Source: Dehalococcoidia bacterium (GTDB lineage Bacteria; Chloroflexota; Dehalococcoidia; SM23-28-2; HRBIN24). Taken from it: a DNA stretch of 64,000 nt. The stretch is taken from contig DAOTWZ010000019.1 in the NCBI GenBank assembly GCA_034435615.1, positions 28,335 through 92,334 of the forward strand. Direction: 5' to 3'. Below the pieces are notes generated by a model. The model had not been told where the DNA came from. It worked only from the letters and a program-made list of their open reading frames with translations, and did not search any database. Below are positions 56,105 to 64,000 of this stretch, one piece after another (within the stretch, counting starts at the first letter, position 1; the number at the start of each line of letters is the position of its first letter). The translations under genes and the position numbers were made by a program.

Positions 56105-57646
56105 CTACGCCTCGTCCGGGGGGAAGGCGAAGGGCCCGGACTGGGCCCGCAGCTCTGCCTGGGTAGGGGCCGGATACTCGATGCGGGGGTGGTAGATGCC
56201 CCGCAGAGTTGCCTTGAAGGACTCGGCCACCAGCTTCAGGTCACGGAAAGTGAGGTCGCAGTCGTCCAGCTGGCCCTCCGCCACCCGCTCCCGGATGACG
56301 CTGTCCACCAGCTCGTCGATGTGCTCCGGCGAGTGGTCTCGGCTGGCCCGCACCACCGCCTCCGCCGAGTCGGCCAGCATGGCGATGGCCGTCTCCCGGG
56401 ACTGGGGCTTCGGTCCCGGATAGCGGAAGCGGTCCGGCGGCACGTCGGGGTCCTGGGAGGCCGCCTTGCGGTAGAAGAAGGTGACCAGGCGCGTCCCGTG
56501 GTGCTCAGTGATGAAGGCCCGCACCCGCGCCGGCAGACGGTAGCGCCGGGCCAGTTGCAGCCCTTCGTAGGTGTGCTGGACGATGATGCGGGCGCTCTCC
56601 TCGGGGCTGAGGCCGTCGTGGGGGTTCTCGCCCTGGAACTGGTTCTCCACGTAGAAGGCGGGCTGGGCCATCTTGCCGATGTCGTGGAAGTAGCAGCCGG
56701 CCCGCACCAGGAGGGGGTCAGCCCCCACCGCCTGGGCCGCCCGCTCCGCCAGGGTGGCCACCACCAGGCTGTGGTGGAAGGTGCCGGGCGCCCGCTCCTG
56801 GAGCTGGCGCAGCAGGGGATGGCTCATCTGGGTCAGCTCCATGAGCTGGAGACGGGTGGTGAAGCCGAAGGTGTAGCCCAGCACCACCAGCGCCCCCACC
56901 GTCACCACCGCCGAGAGGGCGCCCCCCACCCCGGTGGAGATGAGCATCCAGAGGATGTCCACTCCCTGGCGAGCGTCGTCCAGGAGCCAGAAGGCTACGA
57001 GGGCGGCCAGGGAGGCCAGCACCGTCAGGCCGCCCGCCAGGACGAAGCGGTCCATCCGCTCCACCCTCTGCACGGTCAGGGTGCCGGCCAGCCCCCCGGC
57101 CAGGGAGACGGTGGCCACCTCCATCCCCAGCAGCGGCCCGGCGGTCAGCCGGGCATCCTGGGGGTGGACGGCAGCGAAGGCGGCCAGGAGGGCCAGGACG
57201 ATGCTCACCGCCAGGGCCAGGCCACCGTCCAGCAGGGCGGCCACCAGCATGGGCGCCGCCGCCAGGGGAAGCATGTAGCGCAGGTAGAGGCGGTCGTCGT
57301 CGGGCAGGGTGAGGGCGAAGAAGACGTTGGCCGCTGCCACCCACAGGGCCACCATGACGGCCAGCATGGCCAGCCTCCAGGGGCTCCGCACCTCTCGCGG
57401 CTGAAAAGCGTAGAGGTAGGCGCCCAGGCCAGCGCCCCCCATGACGGCGGCGACGATGGCGGCGGCGGTGCTGGCGACCGTCAGCCGGTTCTCCACCAGC
57501 GCGCCGTCTACCAGGGCCTGACCCGGCGGCACGGGCACCAGGGCCAGCGCCAGGAAGAGGGCCAGGAGGACGGCGAAGACGAGCGCTTGGTAGGGCGTCA
57601 GGCGTTTCGCCTCGGACATCGCTGGGCTAGGGAGACTCCCCGGCAA
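56105..57646 (-). CDS. 7TM receptor with intracellular HD hydrolase domain (PgpH-like, putative cyclic-di-AMP phosphodiesterase)
   Basis: Seven N-terminal TM helices and a C-terminal HD domain with the FHDIGK motif. Confidence 0.8.
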   Translation of the reverse strand: MPGSLPSPAMSEAKRLTPYQALVFAVLLALFLALALVPVPPGQALVDGALVENRLTVASTAAAIVAAVMGGAGLGAYLYAFQPREVRSPWRLAMLAVMVALWVAAANVFFALTLPDDDRLYLRYMLPLAAAPMLVAALLDGGLALAVSIVLALLAAFAAVHPQDARLTAGPLLGMEVATVSLAGGLAGTLTVQRVERMDRFVLAGGLTVLASLAALVAFWLLDDARQGVDILWMLISTGVGGALSAVVTVGALVVLGYTFGFTTRLQLMELTQMSHPLLRQLQERAPGTFHHSLVVATLAERAAQAVGADPLLVRAGCYFHDIGKMAQPAFYVENQFQGENPHDGLSPEESARIIVQHTYEGLQLARRYRLPARVRAFITEHHGTRLVTFFYRKAASQDPDVPPDRFRYPGPKPQSRETAIAMLADSAEAVVRASRDHSPEHIDELVDSVIRERVAEGQLDDCDLTFRDLKLVAESFKATLRGIYHPRIEYPAPTQAELRAQSGPFAFPPDEA

Positions 57647-57698
57647 GGGCCATGATAACAGAGCGGCCCCCGTGGGAAAACGCGGCCAGCCGGCCTGG

Positions 57699-58154
57699 CT
57701 AGCCGGCCTGCCCGGAGAGCAACTCCGTGACCACTTCGTTGATGAGACGGCCCTCGGCCCGCCCGGCCAGCCGCTGGATGAGGACGGGCATCACCTTGCC
57801 CTTGTCAGCGGGGCCACGCGCCCCCAGCTCGGCGATGACGGCGCGGGCCGCCTCCGCCACCTCCTCGCGGCTCATGGCCGGCGGGAGATAGGACTCCAGG
57901 ACGGCCAGCTCCGCCTCCTCCTTGGCCACCAGGTCCGGGCGGTTCCCCTTGCGGAACTCCTCGATGCTCTCCCGCCGGCGGCGGATCTCCCGCTGGATGA
58001 TGGCGATGATGCCCAGATCGTCCAGGGGGCGGCCCTGGGCCACCTCCTGGTTCTTGACGGCCCAGGTGACCATGCGGATGGCCGTCTTGCGGGCCTCGTC
58101 CCGACTGCGGATGGCCTCTTTCAGGTCATCCGCCAGCCGCTCCTTCAGCGACAC
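57699..58154 (-). CDS. yqeY: GatB/YqeY domain protein
   Basis: 151 aa with the GatB_Yqey pattern; conserved position downstream of rpsU. Confidence 0.85.
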   Translation of the reverse strand: MSLKERLADDLKEAIRSRDEARKTAIRMVTWAVKNQEVAQGRPLDDLGIIAIIQREIRRRRESIEEFRKGNRPDLVAKEEAELAVLESYLPPAMSREEVAEAARAVIAELGARGPADKGKVMPVLIQRLAGRAEGRLINEVVTELLSGQAG

Positions 58155-58213
58155 CGCCTGTCAGCCCCACCCCGTATGTTGGCACTCCCGGCCTCGGCCG
58201 GGGGTGTGGTGCC

Positions 58214-58411
58214 CTATCTCAGGGCCCGCTGGCTGTTCTTGATGCTCTTCCGCAGCTTGGCGGCCGCCTTCTTCTTGCGCTTGACGCTGGGGGGCTCGTA
58301 GTGCTCCCGTCTGCGGGCCTCGGCCAGTATCCCTGTCTGCTGGACCAGCTTGTTGAACCGCTTCAGGGCCTGCTCCAGGGTCTCGTTCGGCCCGATGATC
58401 ACCTCTGCCAC
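58214..58411 (-). CDS. rpsU: 30S ribosomal protein S21
   Basis: 65 aa; KRFNKLVQQTGILAEARRREHYEPPSVKRKKK; GTG start preceded by AGGAGGGAG. The ORF-track ATG at 58546 adds a non-homologous extension. Confidence 0.85.
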   Translation of the reverse strand: MAEVIIGPNETLEQALKRFNKLVQQTGILAEARRREHYEPPSVKRKKKAAAKLRKSIKNSQRALR

Positions 58412-58542
58412 GGGTCTCCCTCCTCTAAGGGTAAGTAGGTGTGGTGCTGGCCGAAGCCGCAGCACATTCGTGGCGGATTTTACAAATTTGCAATGCTCTG
58501 TGTCAAGGACTGTAACCCGGCGCAGGGGCCGCCCCGGGGCGG

Positions 58543-60321
58543 TCACGCCCCCTCCAGCTCCTCCGGCCCCACCGCTCCGTAGCCGGTGACGGCGACGAAG
58601 AGCCGCAGCGCCGAGCGGTCCTCGCTGATGCCCCGCAGCGGCTGGGGCAGGAGATGGCGACGCAGGAAGAAGCGGGCCACCGCCGCCTTGCGGGCGGAGC
58701 CGCTGCGCCGCAGCTCTTCCCCCGCCTCCTCCAGGAGGAGGGCGGCCTGGGCCACGTCCGCCAGCAGCCCTGCCAGTCGCCGGGCATGGAGCTGTCGCAG
58801 CTCCTCGTCTGCCCTGGAGAGGAAGTCTATGGCCTCCCGGGCCTGCTGCCGCGCCTGGACTACCGCCTCCCTCAGGGGAGAGAGGAGGGGATGGTCGGCC
58901 CCGCTCAGCGCCCGCTCCACGCGGGCGAAGAGGGCATCGTGGGCCTGGTCACGGGCGACGGCCCGCCACACGTCCAGGGCGACGATGTTCTCCGTCCCCT
59001 CCCAGATGGGGTGCACCTGGGCATCCCGGAGCTGACGGGCCATGGGCCAGTCCTCTATATAGCCGTTGCCGCCCAGGAGCTCCAGCCCCTGGCTGGCCAG
59101 CTCCACCCCCCGGCGGGCGGCCCGGAACTTGGCCAGGGGCACCAGGATGCGGTAGAGGCGGCGGGCCTCCTCATCGCCCCGGCGGCCGGCGTGGGCGTAG
59201 GCCTCGAAGACCAGGGCGGCGGCCGCCTCCACCTCCACCAGCATCTCCAGGAGGGTCTCCCGCACCAGGGGCAGCTCGTCCAGCCGCCGGCCGAAGGCCC
59301 GGCGGTGGGCGGCGTAGATGGCCCCCTCCAGGAAGGAGCGACGCATGATGCCCAGGGCCATGTTGGCCACCCCCAGGCGGGAGCCGTTGACCATGCTCAT
59401 CATGCGGTTGAGGCCGCGGGCCTCGGAGGCGCTGGCGCGGGGGCTGGAGAGGAGGTAGGCCTCGGCGTCCACGAAGTCCACCTCGGCGGTGGGGACGGAG
59501 CGGACGCCCAGCTTGTCCTTGATGCGCTTGACGACGATGCCGTTGGGGGAGCCATCGGCCCGCAGGGCGGGGACGAAGAAGAGGGCGATGCCGGCCAGCC
59601 CTTCCGGCGCCCCCTCCGGCCGCGCCAGGGTGACGATGGCCCTGGCGTCCACGTTGGAGCAGAACCACTTGGAGCCGTTGAGGAGCCAGCGCTCCCCGTC
59701 CGGGCGGGCGCGAGTGGCGATGCTGGAGAGGTCGGAGCCGCCGTCCACCTCCGTCATGAACATGGCGCCGTCCCAGGCCTCATCCCAGGTGGGGGAGAGG
59801 AGGTGGGGCAGGGCGCGCGCCTTGACCTCCGGCGGGGCGTAGCGCTCCACCAGGTCGGCCACGCCGCCGGTCTGGGTGGTGGCGCAGACCATGCCGGTAT
59901 CGCTCTGGCTCAGCAGGTAGGTGAAGGCGGCCACCAGCACCGGCGGCACCTCCTCGCCGCGGGCCCGCAGGCCGTAGGGGCCCTGCTCCCAGATCTCCCG
60001 CTTGTCCTCCAGGGCGAAGGGGTGGTGCACCACCCGGGAGACGTCCCGCCCCCAGCGGTCGTAGCGCTCCAGGCGGGGCGGGTTCTTGTCCAGCACCTCC
60101 GCCCGGGCGGCTATGGGGCCACCGCACAGCTCCCCCCAGCGCACCAGGTGCTCCTCCGCCCAGGCGCGTCGCTCCGCCGGCAGATGACGGTCCATGAGGG
60201 CGCGCAGATTGGGGTCTATCAGGTACCAGTTGAGGCCGATGGGCGATTCGAACCGGGAGTAGTCTATGGCAGCGGTCTCCCTGGCGCTCACAGCTTTACC
60301 CCCTGCGGTGTCTCTACGCAC
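58543..60321 (-). CDS. acyl-CoA dehydrogenase family protein (long AidB-like form)
   Basis: ACAD middle and C-terminal domains (GSKWFCSN...IWEGTENI) with an N-terminal extension; start uncertain. Confidence 0.8.
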   Translation of the reverse strand: MRRDTAGGKAVSARETAAIDYSRFESPIGLNWYLIDPNLRALMDRHLPAERRAWAEEHLVRWGELCGGPIAARAEVLDKNPPRLERYDRWGRDVSRVVHHPFALEDKREIWEQGPYGLRARGEEVPPVLVAAFTYLLSQSDTGMVCATTQTGGVADLVERYAPPEVKARALPHLLSPTWDEAWDGAMFMTEVDGGSDLSSIATRARPDGERWLLNGSKWFCSNVDARAIVTLARPEGAPEGLAGIALFFVPALRADGSPNGIVVKRIKDKLGVRSVPTAEVDFVDAEAYLLSSPRASASEARGLNRMMSMVNGSRLGVANMALGIMRRSFLEGAIYAAHRRAFGRRLDELPLVRETLLEMLVEVEAAAALVFEAYAHAGRRGDEEARRLYRILVPLAKFRAARRGVELASQGLELLGGNGYIEDWPMARQLRDAQVHPIWEGTENIVALDVWRAVARDQAHDALFARVERALSGADHPLLSPLREAVVQARQQAREAIDFLSRADEELRQLHARRLAGLLADVAQAALLLEEAGEELRRSGSARKAAVARFFLRRHLLPQPLRGISEDRSALRLFVAVTGYGAVGPEELEGA

Positions 60322-60372
60322 AGCATCGTATCCTCACCTGAACGTCAAGGTCAACAGGGGTTCCCGGGGCCG

Positions 60373-61020
60373 TCAGGCCTCGGGGCGGGCGTCCTCCGCC
60401 GGCACGGCCTCCCCAGGCTCCTCCAGGGCGGCGGTGATGCGCACCGGCTTACCCGTCAGCTCGCCTATGGCCTCCGCCACCTGGAGGGCCCGCTCGAACC
60501 CTTCCTGGACCAGCTCCTCCCGCTCCGGCACTATCACCTGGCCCACAGAGAGGCGCTTGCCGCTGGTCTTCACTAGGACGATCTCCCAGGCCCGTAGCTC
60601 GAAGGGAAGGGCAACGCCCCGCGTCTCCCGCTCCCCCAGCTCGTAGTCGGCCACCTCCAGGCGGTCTATCTTCCAGAAGGGGACCAGCTCCACCGTGCCC
60701 AGACCCAGCCCCAGCAGCCCCTGCTGGAAGCGGCCCGACTGCTTGGCCTTGTCGAACACCACGTGCGAGCCGAAGAGGGAGTAGACCAGGCCCATGCCGG
60801 CCAGGGGCGTGATGACGATGGCGGCCAGGAGGAGGCCCGCCGCCCCCGCCACCGGCAGGCGGTCCATGTTGAAGGCCAGGGCGATGAGGAGCCCCACGCC
60901 CAGGGCCAGGCCCAGGAGGGGGCCCAGGAGCCCCGCCCGCGACGGCCTGATGTCTATCCTCTCTGGAGTGATGATGCAGATGCGCCGGTCCAGCGGGACC
61001 ACCCTGGCCTGCGCCGGCAT
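60373..61020 (-). CDS. hypothetical membrane protein (two TM helices plus a cytoplasmic domain)
   Basis: ORF with hydrophobic segments; no recognisable catalytic motifs; ATG at 61020 or GTG at 61029. Confidence 0.45.
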   Translation of the reverse strand: MPAQARVVPLDRRICIITPERIDIRPSRAGLLGPLLGLALGVGLLIALAFNMDRLPVAGAAGLLLAAIVITPLAGMGLVYSLFGSHVVFDKAKQSGRFQQGLLGLGLGTVELVPFWKIDRLEVADYELGERETRGVALPFELRAWEIVLVKTSGKRLSVGQVIVPEREELVQEGFERALQVAEAIGELTGKPVRITAALEEPGEAVPAEDARPEA

Positions 61021-61050
61021 GGCGATCACGCCCCCCTAGGCAGGTCTCTT

Positions 61051-61076
61051 CCATTATAAGGCCTGGCCCATTATAA
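61051..61076. promoter_or_regulatory. direct repeat CCATTATAA x2 with a 17-bp period, flanking the palindrome GGCCTGGCC; on the minus strand these read as two TATAAT boxes
   Basis: Exact 9-bp repeats at 61051-61059 and 61068-61076 in the divergent region between the membrane protein and the P450. Confidence 0.5.
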
Positions 61077-61102
61077 ATCTTGGCGCGCGCTAGGTTAGGG
61101 CA

Positions 61103-61131
61103 TTGACAGGCCAGGGAGGCGGCCTTAAAGT
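61103..61131 (+). promoter_or_regulatory. sigma70-like promoter (TTGACA, 17-bp spacer, TAAAGT) for the cytochrome P450 gene
   Basis: Hexamers read from the sequence, 35 nt upstream of the ATG at 61166. Confidence 0.45.
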
Positions 61132-61165
61132 TTCACTACTACAGGAAGGGGGACGGTGGTTCTGC

Positions 61166-62428
61166 ATGGGCATCAGCCTGAGCGAGATAGACCTGCTGGA
61201 CCTGGACAACTTCGTCCAGGGGGTGCCCCATCACTGGTTCCGCCTGCTCAGAGAGGAGGCCCCCGTCTACTGGCACCCCACGCGGGAGGGGTCCGGCTTC
61301 TGGGTGCTGACCAAGTACCATGACTTGGTGGCCGTGTCCATGGACACCGCCACCTTCTCCTCCGCCCGCGGCATCACCCTGCCGGACCAGCAGTTCTTCG
61401 CCGGCCAGTACCTGATGATGATCACCACCGACCCGCCCCGCCACACCAAGCTGCGGCGGCTGGTCAGCCAGGGCTTTACCCCCCGCATGGTCAGCCGTCT
61501 GGAGCCCAGCATCCGCCAGATGGCGGGCGCCCTCCTGGACGCCGCCATCGCCAGGGGGCAGTGCGACTTCGTCACCGAGGTGGCGGCGGAGCTGCCGGTG
61601 CAGGTCATCGCCCAGTTCCTGGGCGTCCCCCAGGAGGACCGCCACGCCATCTTCCACTGGACCAACCAGATACTGGGCGCCGGCGACCCCGAATACAGCG
61701 GCCTGGAGAGGCTGGACCACCCCAAGACCCCCGAAGAGGTGGAGGCCATCAAGGCGAAGCTGCGCCAGGTCATCGGCGGGGCGGCCCGCTCCATGGCCGC
61801 CTACCTGGACCGCCTGGAGGCGGAGCGCCGCCAGCAGCCCCGGGAGGACATCGTCACCGTCTTCCTGAACGCCCAGGTGGACGGCGAGAGGCTCAGCTAC
61901 GAGGAACGGCTGGCCCAGTTCATCCTCCTGGCCGTGGCTGGCAACGAGACCACCCGCAACCTCATCTCCGGCGGCCTGCTGGCCCTGCTGGAGCACCCGG
62001 ACCAGATGGAGCGGCTACGAGGAGACCTCTCCCTCCTCCCCACCGCCATCGAGGAGATGCTGCGCTGGGTCTCCCCCGTCCTCTACATGCGGCGCACCCT
62101 CACCCGGGACACGGAGGTGCGGGGCGTCACCATGAAGGCGGGCCAGAAGGTGACCCTCTGGTACGTCTCCGCCAACCGGGACGAGGAGGTCTTCCCCGAG
62201 CCCGACCGCTTCGACATCACCCGCACCTCCAACGACCACGTGGCCTTCGGCGCCGGCGGCCCCCACTTCTGCCTGGGGGCGGCCCTGGCCCGCCTGGAGG
62301 CCCGCGTCCTGTTCGAGGAGCTGCTCCGCCGCCCCTACGAGGTGGAGCTGGCCGGGCCGGTGGAACGGCTGCGCTCCAACTTCATCAACGGCATCAAGCA
62401 CATGCCCGTCCGCTTCCGGCCCCGCTAG
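61166..62428 (+). CDS. cytochrome P450
   Basis: Heme-binding loop FGAGGPHFCLG, I-helix AGNETT and K-helix ExxR (EEMLR). Confidence 0.9.
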   Translation: MGISLSEIDLLDLDNFVQGVPHHWFRLLREEAPVYWHPTREGSGFWVLTKYHDLVAVSMDTATFSSARGITLPDQQFFAGQYLMMITTDPPRHTKLRRLVSQGFTPRMVSRLEPSIRQMAGALLDAAIARGQCDFVTEVAAELPVQVIAQFLGVPQEDRHAIFHWTNQILGAGDPEYSGLERLDHPKTPEEVEAIKAKLRQVIGGAARSMAAYLDRLEAERRQQPREDIVTVFLNAQVDGERLSYEERLAQFILLAVAGNETTRNLISGGLLALLEHPDQMERLRGDLSLLPTAIEEMLRWVSPVLYMRRTLTRDTEVRGVTMKAGQKVTLWYVSANRDEEVFPEPDRFDITRTSNDHVAFGAGGPHFCLGAALARLEARVLFEELLRRPYEVELAGPVERLRSNFINGIKHMPVRFRPR

Positions 62429-62440
62429 GCGGCCCTCTCG

Positions 62441-62469
62441 TTGACACTACAGGGGGGCAGGTTTACAAT
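62441..62469 (+). promoter_or_regulatory. near-consensus sigma70 promoter (TTGACA, 17-bp spacer, TACAAT) for the Trm112-like gene
   Basis: TTGACActacaggggggcaggttTACAAT read from the sequence. Confidence 0.55.
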
Positions 62470-62502
62470 GCCGGGCGACCGCCGCGGCAGCGGGGAGGCC
62501 CC

Positions 62503-62694
62503 ATGCGCCGAGACCTGCTGGAGATCCTCGTATGTCCCGTATGCAAAGCGCCCCTGGAGCTGACCGTCGAGGAGGAACAGGGGCCGGAGATAGTGCGGGG
62601 CCAGCTCACCTGCAGCCAGTGCGGTGAGCGCTACCCCATCGAGGACTCGATACCTAACCTGCTGCCGCCCGAGCTACGCCAGGCCGGCCACTGA
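62503..62694 (+). CDS. Trm112 family protein (DUF343 zinc-ribbon-like)
   Basis: 63 aa; LLEILVCPVCK...LTCSQCGERYPIEDSIPNLL, the typical Trm112/YcaR pattern; GGGGAGG RBS. Confidence 0.8.
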   Translation: MRRDLLEILVCPVCKAPLELTVEEEQGPEIVRGQLTCSQCGERYPIEDSIPNLLPPELRQAGH

Positions 62695-62712
62695 CCGGGA
62701 GGTGCCGAAGGT

Positions 62713-62937
62713 ATGCAGAAGACACAACTGACCGGGGCCATCATCATGGTCGTCTCCGTCTTCCAGATGGTGCTCTTTCTGTGGGCGGTGGCCCGCCGCA
62801 GCTACATGGCGCTGGCCCTGCCCGTGATGGGGGCCCTGGCCGCCGTCTCCGCCCTCGCCTTCTGGATCGGCTGGACCCTCTTCACCAGCGAGGGCGAGGA
62901 GGAAGAGTCCCTGGAGGAGATGGCCGAGACGGGCTAG
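62713..62937 (+). CDS. small hypothetical membrane protein (two TM helices, acidic C-terminus)
   Basis: ORF only; hydrophobic helices then EGEEEESLEEMAETG. Confidence 0.35.
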   Translation: MQKTQLTGAIIMVVSVFQMVLFLWAVARRSYMALALPVMGALAAVSALAFWIGWTLFTSEGEEEESLEEMAETG

Positions 62938-63434
62938 GGGCGTTCCCAGCCCGGCCCCGCCACCAGCGCCACCCCCTCCCTCCCCACCCCCTCCAGCATC
63001 CCTTCCACCGTCTCGCCCGTGACGGGGTGCCTCACGCCCGGGGCCAGCTCCGCCAGGGGAACCAGGACGAAGGCCCGCTCCCCCAGGCGAGGATGGGGAA
63101 CCTCCAGCCCCGCCCCCCGCACCACCCGGTCGTCGTAGAGGAGGATGTCCAGATCCACGGGACGCGGCCCCCAGCGAGGGCCCGGCCGCCGCCCCAGATC
63201 CCTCTCGATCTCCTTCAGCGCCCGCAGCAGCTCCCGCGGCGGCAGCTCCGTGACCAGACGGCAGACGGCGTTGTAGTATGGGGCCTGGCCCGGCGGGCCG
63301 CCCACGGGCGCCGTCTCATACAGAGAGGAGACGGCCTCCACCCGGCCCAGGCGCGACAGCAGGGCCAGCGCCCGCTGCAGGTTGGCCAGGCGGTCGCCCA
63401 GGTTGCTGCCCAGCCCCAGGTAGGCCACCGCCAT
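62934..63434 (-). CDS. folK: 2-amino-4-hydroxy-6-hydroxymethyldihydropteridine diphosphokinase
   Basis: N-terminal AYLGLGSNLGDR, then SSLYETAPVG...RPVDLDILLY HPPK motifs. Confidence 0.85.
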   Translation of the reverse strand: MAVAYLGLGSNLGDRLANLQRALALLSRLGRVEAVSSLYETAPVGGPPGQAPYYNAVCRLVTELPPRELLRALKEIERDLGRRPGPRWGPRPVDLDILLYDDRVVRGAGLEVPHPRLGERAFVLVPLAELAPGVRHPVTGETVEGMLEGVGREGVALVAGPGWERP

Positions 63435-63444
63435 GGCCGGGGCT

Positions 63445-63864
63445 TTACCGCTCCTTGACGATGGCGAAGACCATATCGGCCCGGGCCAGCAGGCGGCCGT
63501 CCCCGCAGCGCACCTCCGCCTCGCCGTAGGCGCGGTCGGCGTGGAGGGCCACTACCCGCCCCTCCGCCTCCAGCCGCTCCCCGGCCCGCGCCGTATCGTA
63601 GAAGACGACGCTCATAGCGATGGTGGGGTGGGGGCTGCGCCGCCGCACCTCGGGGCCGCCCCGCAGGGTGGTGAGGGCGCGGCCCAGGGTGGAGTCCATC
63701 ATGGTGGCCAGGACACCGCTGTGGACGCGGCCCCAGCGGTCCAGGTGCTCCCGGTCCGCCACCAGGGCCAGACGCACCCTTCCCTTCTCCTCCTCCACCA
63801 GGCGCACCCGAATGAAGCTGGCGAAGGGGGCCTCCAGCTCCCGCTCCAGCGGCGGCCGCTCCAT
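63445..63864 (-). CDS. PaaI-family hotdog-fold thioesterase
   Basis: About 140 aa with a central HSGVLATMMD motif; 4HBT/PaaI pattern. Confidence 0.75.
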   Translation of the reverse strand: MERPPLERELEAPFASFIRVRLVEEEKGRVRLALVADREHLDRWGRVHSGVLATMMDSTLGRALTTLRGGPEVRRRSPHPTIAMSVVFYDTARAGERLEAEGRVVALHADRAYGEAEVRCGDGRLLARADMVFAIVKER

Positions 63865-63866
63865 CA

Positions 63867-64000
63867 CTACCCCGACCGGCCCTGGGGGATGACGAAGGTG
63901 AAGCGCCCCTTGGCGATGACGCCGCCGTCGGGGTGGCGGCGCGCCTCCGCCTCGGCGAAGGCTACCTGACGGCCCCGTCGTAGCACCCTCCCCTCCACCA
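63867..64000 (-). CDS. 3' end of an unidentified minus-strand gene (partial; start beyond the window)
   Basis: The reverse frame is open from 64000 to a TAG at 63869-63867 and encodes ...VAFAEAEARRHPDGGVIAKGRFTFVIPQGRSG; not in the ORF track because no Met lies within the window. Confidence 0.35.
   Translation of the reverse strand, partial: VEGRVLRRGRQVAFAEAEARRHPDGGVIAKGRFTFVIPQGRSG

Noticed and set aside
60245-60254. tRNA T-arm-like motif GGTTCGAATC (reverse strand)
   Set aside because: It lies inside the acyl-CoA dehydrogenase reading frame (it encodes FESPIG). No acceptor stem or anticodon arm can be built around it, so it is a coincidence.
1-64000. CRISPR arrays, transposases, integrases, phage genes, toxin-antitoxin pairs
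   Set aside because: None were seen. The only repeats are the 36-bp tandem duplication, short promoter-region repeats and GC palindromes. No IS-like inverted repeats flank any gene block.

Overview
The window is a high-GC (about 70%), gene-dense bacterial chromosomal segment. It has short overlapping gene junctions, GGAGG-type ribosome-binding sites and lipoprotein-type binding proteins, a style seen in Chloroflexota, Actinomycetota and Deinococcus-like genomes. The phylum cannot be assigned from sequence alone. I found no rRNA or tRNA genes, no CRISPR array, and no transposase, integrase or phage genes, so the region looks like core or accessory metabolism rather than a mobile island.

Gene content from start to end:
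- yceD (5' partial) and rpmF.
- An antisense alkA-like DNA glycosylase.
- A compact operon fabD-fabG-nusB-acpP-tatA-tatC, with nusB unexpectedly embedded.
- A minus-strand cobalamin nucleotide-loop operon cbiB-cobD-cobT-cobS-cobU. It sits divergent from a Fur-family regulator whose promoter carries a 20-bp AT-only near-palindrome.
- A quinone oxidoreductase, an ECF sigma factor and a secreted six-blade Kelch propeller protein.
- A TPP-dependent decarboxylase-family enzyme and a 7TM-PAS-GGDEF-EAL cyclic-di-GMP protein.
- A CoA-thioester catabolic island: DUF72, an F420-type luciferase-like oxidoreductase, DUF35, an SCP-x-type thiolase, an MBL hydrolase, a crotonase, two family III CoA-transferases, a stand-alone GIY-YIG-like mini-protein and an acyl-CoA dehydrogenase.
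- Two complete Liv-type ABC uptake systems, the second one coupled to a PaaK-like aryl-CoA ligase.
- Two esterases, a second luciferase-like oxidoreductase, an orphan lpdA-lipA pair and an NAD epimerase.
- A three-subunit molybdopterin hydroxylase (CoxMSL-like but not carbon monoxide dehydrogenase) followed by an orphan FumA/TtdA alpha-type hydro-lyase subunit.
- An RDD/SHOCT/zinc-ribbon membrane protein behind a textbook sigma70 promoter.
- An orphan purQ, an NDP-forming acyl-CoA synthetase alpha-like protein, a PgpH-like 7TM-HD hydrolase, yqeY and rpsU.
- An AidB-like acyl-CoA dehydrogenase, a cytochrome P450 whose divergent promoter carries a direct AT-rich repeat, Trm112, folK and a PaaI thioesterase.

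Observations worth a second look include the Fur-box-like palindrome where a B12 riboswitch would be expected, a perfect 36-bp in-frame tandem duplication in a lipoprotein signal peptide, recurrent GC-only perfect palindromes at convergent gene ends, a 12-bp GC hairpin in the lpdA leader, and the GIY-YIG mini-protein. Nothing here looks like an obvious defence or mobile system. Product calls rest on recognisable sequence motifs and family knowledge, and start codons are best guesses.
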